Assembly: GCF_021028975.2 (NCBI RefSeq)
Contig: NC_059431.1
Coordinates: 82,708,001-82,772,000 of the forward strand
Direction: 5' to 3'
Length of the DNA stretch: 64,000 bases
From: Sphaerodactylus townsendi
Taxonomy: Eukaryota
A program made the position numbers and the translations under genes. The first letter of the stretch is position 1; every line of letters starts with the position of its first letter. Shown here one piece after another: positions 1 through 11,930 of the stretch. The notes beneath the pieces were generated by a model. That model was given only the letters and a program-made list of their open reading frames with translations. It had not been told where the DNA came from and did no database searches.

Positions 1-384
1 GGAGAGGATTCACCCTGGTGGTTCCCACCCTCAGAAGGCAACATTCACATCACACACCTCAGCTAAATGGCTTCTTAAGTGGACTTTCAGACAAAGGATT
101 TATGTAATAATTTTAATTGATATGTTTTCTTTGAAATGGTTTACAGATTTATTGATTTGCATAGTTTCCTCTTTCAACATTATTACTCCTGTAAAATGCC
201 TATTATTTATGTGCATACTGCATTATATGCATAGCATTATGGAGTTTATGCCAGTGTTGCTAGGTATCCATTGTCAGAGAGGAGTGCATGTTCACTGCAA
301 CAGTTGCTTTGAAGTGCAGGCTTTACATATTCATATACAGAAGTAATGGCAGCCATTCACCTATATGGAAAAGTGTAATCAATT

Positions 385-570
385 GCAGCCAATTTGTGTG
401 ACTCAATAGGGTTTTCAAGGCAAAGGACAAACTGAAGTAGTTCCCATTGTCAGTCTCAGTGCAGAAACCCTGAATTCACAGGGTCTCCCATCTAAATACT
501 AACCAAGGCCAACCCTGATTAACTTCCAAGGTCTGATAAGATCAGACTACTATGTCATCCAGATCAGTGC
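385..570 (-). mobile_element. 5S rRNA-derived SINE, degraded
   Basis: GGTCTCCCATCTAAATACTAACCAAGGCCAACCCTGATTAACTTCCAAGGTCTGATAAGATCAG resembles the reverse complement of the 5S rRNA internal control region. It is joined to a non-5S body (TAGGGTTTTCAAGGCAA...) also seen in the copy at about 9753. Boundaries approximate. Confidence 0.7.
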
Positions 571-584
571 ATTCACTCTTATAG

Positions 585-955
585 AAAAAAACCCCTCTTT
601 TCTGTGACTACCTTAGAGAGGCTGATGTGATTCTCCTTCAGGAAACATGGGCCAATTATCATATTTGCTTTATGAGCTAGAAGTCCTTCTGCCTTGCAGC
701 AACCAAATTGTCTAGGTCTGGTTGCTATTCCAGTGGCCTTTACATTCTAGTTTCACAGTCAATCCAGGCACAGGCTCAGACAGCTCAGGCTGTTCAAATT
801 CTTCAGGAGGATCTTTCTCTAGTCCTTGTTAATATTTATGTTCCTCCTGGTCTTCAGAAAGCTACCTTGTGTGAAATTTGGGATAACCTATCAATCTATA
901 TTGAGGAGCTTGAATGTAGTCATCCCTCCTCTGAGATTGTTCTTATCGAAAAAAA
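585..955 (+). pseudogene. APE endonuclease fragment of a non-LTR retrotransposon (RTE-X-like)
   Basis: Reads FCDYLREADVILLQETW around 600-650 (APE motif), then LVLVNIYVPP in ORF 708-959. Interrupted by a frameshift/stop and truncated. Confidence 0.65.
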
Positions 956-1004
956 TTAAAGCAATGATTGCTACATCTTCTCTCTGTGTTCAGTGATTCT
1001 AGAA

Positions 1005-1152
1005 CAGGGGTAGGGAACCTGCGGCTCTCCAGATGTTCAGGAACTACAATTCCCATCAGCCCCTACCAGCATGGCCAATTGGCCATGCTGACAGAGGCTG
1101 ATGGGAATTGTAGTTCCTGAACATCTGGAGAGCCGCAGGTTCCCTACCCCTG
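1005..1152. mobile_element. Palindromic hAT MITE
   Basis: Near-perfect 148-bp hairpin with CAGGGG...CCCCTG ends and a perfect 8-bp TSD TTCTAGAA (997-1004, 1153-1160). Confidence 0.92.
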
Positions 1153-1229
1153 TTCTAGAACCAAGTCAAAGACTATTGTGCTGGCCTGTTGGGGTCACAG
1201 GGATTCAGGTTACAGCTATTTGCAGGCAC

Positions 1230-1840
1230 AGATGCAAGAGAGGGAGAGAACAGTCTTACCAGTCTTACATTGAGTCCAGAAAAACATGTTCCAACCAGGT
1301 CTGGGAAGAGGCAGTCAAGAGTTGAAGGTAGGTCAGGCAATCCAGTCTGAGTTCTTAATGAGCAGGTGTGGCAGAAAGCTGTCAGGCTTTCAACAGTGTT
1401 GTTCCTGCAACTTCCACTTCCCAAAGCTGTCTCTTATATGTCTGTGCTGTGGCTCAGTCTTGATCTGGAGCTGAGTCACAGCATTCTCTGTGATGCCTTA
1501 GGGCTTCCAAGCATGCACTGCACCTTTTAGAGTGCAGGTCCTGCTGGGTATGAATTCTCAGGTGCCTCACAGACTCAGGTAAGCTGGGTGGACTGCTAGT
1601 TTGGGCCTCAGTGGCTGGAGATTCTTCTGCAAGCACTGTGACTTCCAACTCTTGGCTTGGCCCTTCTCTGTCTGCATCCTGTGATGCTTCTGGCTGTGCT
1701 CGAGGCCCAGTCAACTGGGGCTCCAGTACAGTGGAGTTATTATGCCAGTACTCCTCATCAGAGGACTCCTGGCCAGCTGAGCCCACAACAACTATCCATC
1801 TAGCTTTCTTTTCAACTGCATCACTCAATGATTAGCAATC
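1230..1840 (-). mobile_element. Possible degraded solo LTR (Gypsy-like)
   Basis: GC-richer block with TATA-like TATAAGAGACAGC on the minus strand, similar in layout to 37177-38023. No clean termini or TSD found. Confidence 0.3.
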
Positions 1841-1864
1841 AGCCTTTTCAAAATTTCACATATA

Positions 1865-2814
1865 CTAGCGGGGCTCGGCCACGCGTTGCTGTGGCAACTG
1901 TTCTTCTCATCACAGTCCGCAACCCACACAGATGTCCATGCAGGTCCAATGATCCCCAGCATAGCCTTTTGGGGTGGTCAAATGGAATCCCTCTTTCCCT
2001 TTTCAATTCACATTGTTTTATGGTGCTGTCTTGTTTTTTTAGTATAAGGTAACCCTTTCCATTCCACAATGGAACTGTCCAGAGTGCGAATCCCACTGTC
2101 CATGAGGCTGGTTGACATGCACAGTCCTGGCTTGGATAAGGCAGAACTGGGGCAAGGAGGCTATCCCAGTCAAGCAGCAGAGGCAGGGTGGTGAGGCACT
2201 CAGATCGAGGCCAGCTCCCTGGGTTCTCAAAGGGCCATGTGCAAAAGAAGCGGAGCCAGTAGTGTTGGTTCGCCCCCACCCTGCAGATTTTCTTAGAAGA
2301 AAAAGGCAAACTGCAGCTCACTTTTAGTAAAAGAGAGCTGTGGCGAATATGGGTGAGGAAGTAGGTAAGTGGTGGTTGGATGTGAGGGAGGGCAGAGTGA
2401 GGTGTGTGAGGATGAGCTGGATGTAGATGAGAGTATGTGTGTTGTGTGATAGCAGTGGGTGAGGCACAGAGAGTGAAAGTTACCTGTGTGTGAGGGGGGG
2501 AACCTCACCTGACGTTTCACATGGCAAAGTGTGTATGTGTTTCACTTACACTCATATTACCTAACAGTATTACCTTTTTACTGTTTTAACTGCTCATCTC
2601 TGCCCATCTGCGTGAACATTCTAAGGGCATACCAACCCCTCAGGCCACAGACATGCTGCATGAACATTCTAAGGGTGACAGTTAAACACAGTCAGCTTCA
2701 TGGCCTGATGCGCCAGGAAAAAGGCATGTCAAAATTTGGGGGCGATCCGTCCAGCCGTTTCCGCGTTAGGGCATGAGTAACAAAGCCACTGTTAGCTTTA
2801 TATATATAGATAGA
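1865..2814 (-). mobile_element. Non-autonomous Helitron
   Basis: Minus strand starts TCTATCTATATATATAAAG and ends with hairpin GCCACAGCAACGCGTGGC followed by CTAG. Inserted between A and T with no TSD. Confidence 0.85.
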
Positions 2815-3251
2815 TTGTTGGAGACAATAGTCCAGTTTTATGATACAACACCAAAAATGTGGGGGTAGAATGTTTGACTTCACAATAAGTTTCATAACCA
2901 GGGACAAAGTATACTAATTTAATTAATATACAGAAAAACATTTTTCAATGTTTAAAACTATACATGGGTATCCCCAATTCAGGGGCTGTAGCTGTGAAGG
3001 GAAAATTCTAAAATCTCAAAAGCCCATTTAGCTGGAACCCATTAAAAACAGACCAATAGGATGCAGAGAAATGTTGTCTGTATATTTATTGTAGCTCCAG
3101 AATTACAGGAGAGAATGTCTCATAGGACTTCTGGGAAAGACGGCACTTTGAACAAATAAACCATTTGGAGCTCTCTCCCGCACATTACTGAAAGGAGTGA
3201 TTTCTGGGCAATTGCTGGCATTAGGACAGACAGAGTTTAGTTCTAGTCTCT

Positions 3252-3969
3252 GGCCGTTTCCGCACGGACAAAAGGAGCGACGCGATGACGTCGTAAATTG
3301 CGACGCCTCCGAAAAAAAGCGTTCGCACAGACAGGCGGAGCTGCGTGCGTCAGGAGCCCCGCAGAAATGTGACGGTTCGCACGGAAGCGCTGCGGAAGCG
3401 GCGTCTCGCCACGCTCCTTTGCTGCTGCGCACTCGCGAAGCAGCGCGATTGGCTGATGTGACTGCCCTGATGTCCTGCCCGTCCCCCATCTGTCATTGCC
3501 TCCCCTCCCAGCTACTGTCAGTCCCAGTTCATGTTACCTGTGAGACCAGAGTGTGTATGGGCAGCCACCATCTGCACAGGCAACATGGATCTGGGAAAGG
3601 TGCTTGACCATGCAGGGAAATCACCAGGGACAAACGTGTGTGTGTGTGGGGGGACGGTGACCAAGCTTGGCCTTTTGGCAGTCGCCATTGTTGAGAACGG
3701 CTCGAGCCGTGGCGATGTATGGTTCTGCGACGACCGCGGCAAGGTCGGTCGCTGTCAGCATGTATGGTGAAAAAATGAGCGCTTCAAAGCGTTTTCTTGA
3801 ATACTGGCGATCTTCAGCGCCCGATTAAGCGTTTTCCAGCTGATGCATAGGCGCAACTCGCGCACTTCCTCCTCACCGCCATTATGAGGCATCGCGAACG
3901 CTTCCTCAGCTTCTGGACATTTCTTTTCCCGTTTCCACGACGTCATATTTCGCCCGTGCGGAAACGGCC
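3252..3969. mobile_element. PIF/Harbinger-type MITE, young and CpG-rich
   Basis: Perfect 16-bp TIR GGCCGTTTCCGCACGG / CCGTGCGGAAACGGCC, 3-bp TSD TCT, many intact CpGs. Confidence 0.85.
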
Positions 3970-4514
3970 TCTCTGATAACTTTTGGAGACCTTCAATTTG
4001 ACAGATGGTTGGGGCCTTTTGTTGACCCACCAGATCTGATGTAACCCAGAACCAGTAACATGTGTGTTCACCATTGGCTTTTGCTCTTTTACTCCTCTGT
4101 TTTCTAGATTTTTTACTTTCACTTTTTCTGGGTGCTCTCATTCTTTGGGATTTCTGTATTTATTCTCTTTCTTGTATTCTTTTTTTCCTATTCTTTTTTG
4201 CTATGTCACTATGCTTTGTTAAAAAACACACACAAAATTATGGTTTTAAAAAAAGGAGAGAGTGTCTCAAACCTTGAGAAGATACCAGACAGGTCCCTCA
4301 AAACAAATACAGAAACTTATTGTTATAGATGAAATAAACAGATTATATCAACAATATGTAAAGCAAGATCAGTCTCCTATAATCTTCAGTTTAAAGATTA
4401 ATTAAAGATTAATTATTTACTTATGTTCTATCTATTTCAGGCGTATATTAATATAACCTTAGAATGTCATGATATTCCCTTAAGAGCATACTGCTTACCA
4501 AAACCTTGTTTAAT

Positions 4515-4576
4515 CAGTGCCCCTAGGGGATGGGGCGGTTTAAAAATCGAAAAAATAAATAAATAAATAAATAAAG
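4515..4576 (+). repeat. 3' tail of an L2-type LINE/SINE with (TAAA)n
   Basis: CCCTAGGGGATGGGGCGGTTTAAAAATCG followed by (TAAA)n. A similar tail is at about 46900-46960. Confidence 0.5.
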
Positions 4577-5719
4577 TTCTAATTTAACAAAAAGAGTAAA
4601 TGATATCGAGTATTCATAACAATGTTTGATTCAACAAATGTCCCTGTATTGACAGGCAGTTAGGGAGACAAACATGGCTTCGGTCTGGCTATGTTAAGGA
4701 TAGGTCTGTAGCCTGTTAATTAGCTAATTACCTGTTAAATTCCCCTACACTGGGAGATGTGGGTATGGACCCACTGATTGGGTACTAACTCATGCCAGAA
4801 AGTTCATCTGTCTCCTTAGCTAAGTGTTGCCTGATTGCCTGGGTCAGACCTAGGAAAGGATGGCTTCTAGGTTCCACTGCAGCTTTATTTAAGGGGACTG
4901 ATCCTTTGGCCTCTGCCTTCTCAGTGACCACAAATTGCAACACACTTTTAAATGAATCATATAAGGTAAGATGCCTCCAGTTCCCAATCATCACTTTCAT
5001 GCATCACTTTCCCAATCAAATGAGCAGTTCATCCCACACCAACCTGAATTGTCTAAAAATCAGATATAATTGTGAAGATGGTGCTCAATATTTTTTTTAA
5101 AAAACCTTGCTGCACTAGGGTTAGCTTTTTTCCATGTTCTGCATTAGGTCATAACAGTAGCAGCAGGCAGACAAATGAAGCAAAAGTGTGCCTAACTGAA
5201 AAAATGCCAAAATCCTGAGGAGAAATCCTGAAAATCCTTAATTCTGCTCAGGGCCTGGATTTTACACTATTCATCAAGGATAATCAAAAATTAATCAGTG
5301 TTTCCTTAGCCACCAGCAAAACCTGTTAGTATTTATATTATATCATTGTATCCATGCCCACTTTTAGATAATCCTCCATTTTATTTCTCACCTGAAACTT
5401 TTTGTGCAGAAGAGCCAATCTGTACATCTTTCTTTTATTCTAAATAAATAAATGAACAAAAAGAAGCCATTGCACTACAAGACACCTATCAGATTTCTTT
5501 AAGGAAAGTTCTCAAAACTGTTGCTGAAATACTAGTCAAAGTGATCTCCTGGTTTACAGCCAGGATCTCCAAACTTTTCAGTATGAGGACCACATAACAT
5601 ATTTTACAAATATACTGCATCTTAGCAGTGCCTGAAGTTGCTGAGATGTAACAAGCAGAGTTTGCCTCAGGCAGTGGCAGCCACATTGCAAGATTCTGAG
5701 GGGAGAAGGGGGCAAGGAC

Positions 5720-6897
5720 TAGGGCTGGCAATTATTGCCAACCAGCAAATTGCCAACCAGGTAAAGATCCCTCAGGTCTTTGCTCAGTGTCCTGGAAGTG
5801 GGCCTTTTTGTAAAATTTCCTCTGCTGCCTACTTGGCCCATCTATCAATTATTTTAAAAAGGGTTATGATACCAGAAGTGTGCACCATTTTTTGGTTGGT
5901 TTAATAGACCCAGAAATTTCCAAAACCCCCTCCCCAAAAAGCCATACCTTTATTCTGTCTCTTTCCAGATATTCAATTTTTTTGGTGGTCTATTAAACCC
6001 AAACCCAAAATATTCCAGCTGCTTCTGAACTCTACATAGCTCTGTGACAATTGCCACCTCCAAGACTCACCCGGACAGCAGGTAAGTGAGGGGAAGAGGA
6101 AGAGAGAGGAAAAGAAGGGAGAAGGGATTTTTTCCCCCAGATTTTTTTTGTTTGGTGGGGCCAAAGCAGCCAGAAAAATGCTGATAAAATTCAGCATTAT
6201 TCAGGATCCAATTTTTGGCTCCCTTAAATTGCCAGCATTTTTTTCAATTTTTTTTGGTTCAAGGCCAAATTCCCACTGAAAATTTAATCTAGATACAACC
6301 AAGTTTCAAAAGAATTGGCACCTCATCCAGGTTCCAACATCCTCACTGCAGCATGTTTCTAGTGAAGACATCTAGGCCTGCCCCTTGGGGGGGTGCCTGC
6401 TGTCAGGAGTACAATTGTTAAGCTAGAAGCACCAAAATTTCAGAGTATCTTTAGGAGTCACTCCTGATAATACAATCAAGTTCTGGTGAAGTTTGGTTCA
6501 TGGGAGCCAAAGTTATGGACCCTCAAATGTGTAGCCCCCATCTCCTATTAGCTCCCATTGGAAGCAATGGGGGATGGAGGCACACCTTTTGGGAGTCCAT
6601 AGCTTTGAACCTCCTGGACCAAACTTCACAAAACCTGGATGGTATCAGTAGGAGACTCGGCTGATGATACCACCCAGGTTTGGTGAAGTTTGGTTTATGT
6701 GTAGACCCATCTCCTATTAGCTCCATTGGAGTGTTTTTTCCAAAAAGGTGCATATACAAACTGGTCCAGGAAAATCCTGTGATAAGGGAGGGAGGAGTGC
6801 CAAAAATGGGACCGATCTGTCTTCTGCAGTTCAGCAGTGGGGAGATCATGAGGAAACCTGGATATTTCTGGTGACTACCCAGAATTAATCGCCAGTG
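5720..6897. mobile_element. Degraded hAT-like non-autonomous element containing the palindromic cassette (about 6390-6730)
   Basis: Starts TAGGGCTGGCAATTATT; degenerate complement AATTAATCGCCAG near 6883-6895. No TSD confirmed. Confidence 0.4.
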
Positions 6898-8842
6898 GGC
6901 AATTGTCCTCAAGTTTGCTGAAGGCACACTCCTAGATAATACTATCAAACATGTCATTAACTCACATTGTGCTGTGTTGTTATTACACTACTTTTGATTT
7001 GCTTTAAAATATCTTTTTAAAATGGAAATGTTTTGATATATCTAATTTATTTGAAATTGAGATGTGATTCAGAGTTGCTAGGAGTCTGAGCTTTTTCTTA
7101 TTGAACTAAAAGTTCAGAAAAGTTTTCTGGACCACAAAAAAAATCTAAACAAAGCCAAACTTAAACAGAAGGAGCTACATATTCTTTTCAGCCTTCCTTT
7201 CTTCCATCTCACCTCATAATGCATGTGGAAAAACTAGGTCAGTACACTGTAGAACAGAGAAGATTAAGAGAAGAGATCAATGAGGTATACAGTTTAAAAA
7301 GAAAAAGGAAAGTTACTTAAGGGTGGTTTGGAGGTGGTGCCAAGCATAAAACATAGTACAGTATGAACTAAAGCTGAGAAATAAAGTGCCAAAGGTAGCC
7401 AGAGATGTTAGCTCAGATTAAAAGATGGAGAGAGATAAATGGCTACCAGAAGGATTTAAATATATAACACAATTGTTAAACAAACAAAAAACCAGTACTC
7501 TTTATGGTCATATTCACAGCATCAATATGTCTTTCATGAAAGACAACTTTTGGCAAATCTGAGGTACCTTCTTGAGTGTCATCAGAATCCAATATAAACT
7601 AGGGAGCAATGAATATGGATTGCACCTTTACTCTGAATTCTTTACTATAAAGAGCATACTAAACGGAACAATAACCATGTAACTTCAATGTTCATTCCTA
7701 CTATCACCTCAGGTGGCTAAAATATATCACTCTTATTGTTGGAGATGGTTAGTATAAAAGACTGATGTTTTCCACAGGGATTCAGGAATTTTGCCTCAGC
7801 ATTAGCCAAGCCACTTTTTGTGGAACCACTGACCACTGATTTCTCCAGATAGCAAAGAATTCAGAAAAGAAGGGGAATCTTTCATATTGAGCTGGATTTT
7901 TCAGAAAGCCTAAATTGTGAGCTCATCACTCTTTTTTTGCCTGCATCAAAGCTCAACTGAGCAGCATGACAGGAGACATCCCCACCTCCTACCCCACTTT
8001 TCTACAACTAGCAGAGAGATGTTGGAGGTTTTTCTCAAGTGCCTGTAGAAGGCCTTCTGGTAGAAGCAGTGCAAAAAAATCCCAACAAAAACGTCTCCAC
8101 CAATCCTGATTCAGACATGAGTGCAGAAAGGGCATTCATGTTGCAATAACCGGACCCTTGCAAACATAATTGTTAAACACCCCCTTCCTTATAGCTATTA
8201 TATTAGCAATTGAATGTCCCACTCTATTGATTGAATTGACTTACACTGACCTTGAAACTCAGTGAGAAAAGGGCATTGTAAATCATGTAAATAAAAAATA
8301 GAGGGTTAATTAGAGATAACAGTAGAATATGGAATGAATTTCTTGCTCTAACACCTAACTAATGACAGGGCCTCCAGAAGTTTCTGGTTAGTTCAGCAAG
8401 TTAAAGAGTTTAGGTTTGCCCAGTGGAATTTTTATTTTGTAAACGTTCCTTCAGTTTCAAAAGGTTGGGTAAGACGTTCTAGAAGCCTAGACAAAGCCCT
8501 GAAAAAAGACCCACAAAAACTAGGGTAGTCATATGGCGTACTTAGCAAAATGCACAGCAGCACCTACAGAAACTGATTTTACAGTATGGGAACTATAAAG
8601 ACACAGCATGGATGACGGTATAACTTGAGAACTGCTTCAAACATACTGATAGAGACCCTTGCAAACAAGGCAAATACTTTTTCTGGCACCCTGATGAAGA
8701 TATCCTCCCCCCTAAAGGAGGACAACGTAACTTAATTTCGTATTGCATGTGTACTAGAAATCTTTATTGCACCATTTCCAACAGCATCACCAATTTTTTA
8801 ATTGTTTAACAATGCACTTCTCAGTCTGTGAATACTTTATAT

Positions 8843-8903
8843 AAGAAGAAGAAGAGTTTGGATTTATATCCCCCCTTTCTCTCCTGTAGGAGACTCAAAG
8901 GGA
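8843..8903 (-). mobile_element. 3' fragment of a Squam3-type SINE
   Basis: AAGAAGAAGAAGAGTTTGGATTTATATCCCCCCTTTCTCTCCTGTAGGAGACT is the reverse complement of the tail of the SINE at 42900-43247. Confidence 0.8.
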
Positions 8904-9752
8904 AGTTGATATATTTTAAAGGTGTTAAAATGAAGGCCCTTTGTTTTTATTCATGATGAGCTTCATCTTAAATAGCTTTCTTTTCTCACATCTGCTTATA
9001 CTATTTACAAAACAAGCAGCAGTCAAACTGCAAGGCTAAGTTCCAAACCATTGTATATGCTTGGGGACTTTTTAGTTCTTTCTTTCCCTAGTATTGTCCC
9101 ACACCTAAGAACCACAAAGGACTACTGGTGGAATGAAATTCTGGCAATGCTTTGTGTGACCACCTACTGTCACCTCTGCATTACAGCACAGAATCTGTAG
9201 ATCACTGAAGCAACACATGCACAACAATTGCTTGGTTTGGTGGCAATGTCTCTATGGGGGTATATGCTCAAACACACCAAAATGTTAACTTTGAAGGAAT
9301 GTGAATACAATTCTTCCAGCTTTTTGATGCACTTTTTTGTTCTTGTGGGTATTTCCACTATACTTGCCTATACTGTAAATATTGCATTGTAGGGTTATTG
9401 TACATAGTGTACCATGGTGATGAATTTAGCTAGTGGGAACTAACTACACTAATTAAATAACTCACTACATAAGATATAGGTCCACCACTATGGAAGGTTG
9501 TGTTTGGGCTCTCCACCCTATTGTTCTGTCATATGTATCTTGAATATTCATCTCAATTCCCACAGTGTATGTGGTGCCTGATTTGTATTGGGGTTGTGGT
9601 GCATGGAGTAAATAGAACCCACATGGGTCCATTTTGGATCAGGAAAATGGTCTGTGTGGAAAACTGAAGCTCTTTTTCTCCATGTGGAGCTATCTTGATC
9701 CAGACTGGTGATTACACACAAAAGAATTAATGTGAACCTCTAAATTACCTGT

Positions 9753-9900
9753 TTTAGGGTTTTCAAAATAAGGATTAAACCAAGGTGGTTTGCCAATGCT
9801 TTCCTTTGCAAATTCTTCCTTGGTGGTCTCCCATCCCAAATACTGACCCAGCTTTGCTCCCAAGATCTGATGAGATTTGGCTATACTATACCATTCCAGA
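9753..9900 (-). mobile_element. 5S rRNA-derived SINE, degraded
   Basis: GGTGGTCTCCCATCCCAAATACTGACCCAGCTTTGCTCCCAAGATCTGATGAGAT is 5S-like in reverse; same body as 385-570. Confidence 0.7.
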
Positions 9901-10831
9901 TTCCCCTTTAATATACAGTACACATAAAATTCACAACAAATAACTATTGTTTTTTAACTCTGCTGAATAGTTGTTTAGTTGTTAAGCATAACAAAAAGAA
10001 ACACCCACAGAACTCACCTGAACAAAAAAACTTGCAGCATGTTTATGCTGCCATCAAGTTTTCCACTGCCATGTAAGTATACAGCTTAGCAAATGAATAA
10101 TAGTTGTTTGCTCTTGTGCTCAGTCACTGAAATGTGTTGCAATTAAGTCTGCACCTAGACAATAATCTCAGTTACGTAAAGATGTCAGTTGCAACAATTA
10201 GATGTATTTTATTGCAGCACTACAATCCCCCTAGGTCACCCAGGGTGTTGATGTTTTGTGTTAGATAAGCATCTTTTGTTCATTGTATAGACAATTTCAC
10301 TGGCAAAGCATTGTATTCTCTTCTTCAAGAATACAGAAACACACACATATGCGTGCCTGAAGTATCCCTGACCACACAAAGTATTTATTTCACACTAAGA
10401 TACAGACTGGTCATACTAGTGACAGACTTGTTTGATTTTTTATATTTTTATATTTTTCACTTATTAGAATTGGCAACCTTTAATGGCATATTAAAAACTA
10501 GCAGAAAAGAGGTCTGGTTAGATCTTATTGCTTAATAACAACATTGGAATGTTAAAATTAGGCAAACAATCTTATTGTCCAGAAGGCATCATTTTCTTGA
10601 TCCTCTTTTAAGTTCAGGATGTTCTATGTGGGATCTTTCCATCAGAACTGTGGCCAAAAAAAGTGCCACTGAAGATATCATTTTGTTCCTGTCGCCGGTC
10701 AAAAGAGTTTGGAGTAGAGATCTATCTGAACTTTCCTTTTCCTTGGCAACTAGAAGCCCAATTGAATGAGAAGAAGTGTCATTATACAGTGGGAAGTTTA
10801 AGATGATGTGTAGAATTATATCTGGCAAATC

Positions 10832-11930
10832 CAGTGGCGGTCCTGCCTAGGGACAGGGAGTACCCTATGTCCCTGGGCGACCCCCATTTGGTCACGTGGG
10901 GGGCACCAACATTTCAGGGGCATTTGTGTGTTTTAAAATTTTTAAGTGTTTTTTCATGTTCTAACCTGCAGGGGGTGCATTTTTAAGACTAGCGGCACCA
11001 AAATCTCAGGGTACCATCCAGAGACTGTCCTGATGATACCACCCAAATTTGGTGATGTTTGGTTCAGGGGCAGCAATGTTATGGACTCCCAAAGGGAGCT
11101 AACCTGAGTTGGGGGCTACCCATTTGAGGGACCATAACTTTGGTCCCCTGAACATAACTTCACCAAACTTGGGTGGCACCATATATTAATAGTTTTTTTG
11201 ATGATACTCCCCAGTACTAAAATTTGGTGTCACTAGCTTTTAAAAAAATACACCCCTTCCAGGCACCCCAAGAAATTTGCCCAAGATTCTTTGTTTTGGT
11301 AGTGACTTTGCTCCATTGTAATAATGGGGAATTTCTGAGTGTGTAGGCAGGCTGCAGATTTTTGAAGATAGAGGGCAACTAGACTTTCAGGGTGGCCTCC
11401 AGGAGGGCTTCCTGGTAATAGCATCCAGGTTTGGAGACCTTTGCTTCTGGTGGTTCACTTTTATAACCTCCAAAAGGTTTGAGAGCCTTTGTTTCCCCGC
11501 CTCCTGCCCATGAAAGCCTGTGGGCTGAGTTCTCTGCAACTCTCTCTGCTCCCCCACCTCACTCCTGTAGCTAAATCTCATCAAGTTTGGATAAGCTATT
11601 ACTCAAGTCCTCTTGGAGCCACCTTGAAAGTTTGGTGCCTCTATCTTCAAAAATGTGCAGCCAGCGCTTACACACTCAGACATTCCCCAGAATCTGCCAG
11701 GCTCTTCACCAAGTTCTGTGGTAGGAAAAATTACTTTGTGGTGGTGCTCTTAAATATTTATAAGCACTGTGGTAGGGATCTTGCTCTGGGTGGGGACATT
11801 TCCTGTAGCTGCTGGTGTGAGTCTCCTGAAAGGAACCATCCAAATTTGCTAAAATGTGTGTGGAAGAGAAAAATGCTGTGGGCGCTGAGTTGAAGGTGAA
11901 CCTGATGCCCACAGCATTCGGCCATCACAG
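10832..11930. mobile_element. Non-autonomous hAT-like element (CAGTGGCG end) containing the palindromic cassette
   Basis: Starts CAGTGGCGG; possible degenerate end CCATCACAG at 11930, with GGCAAA on both flanks. Interior matches 12900-13400 and 62750-63100. Confidence 0.5.

Noticed and set aside
385-570. 5S rRNA gene
   Set aside because: Partial, diverged and fused to a SINE body; the same applies to 9753-9900.
1454-1828. 124-aa acidic, Pro/Ser-rich ORF as a host gene
   Set aside because: No recognisable domain or splice structure; lies in LTR-like repeat sequence.
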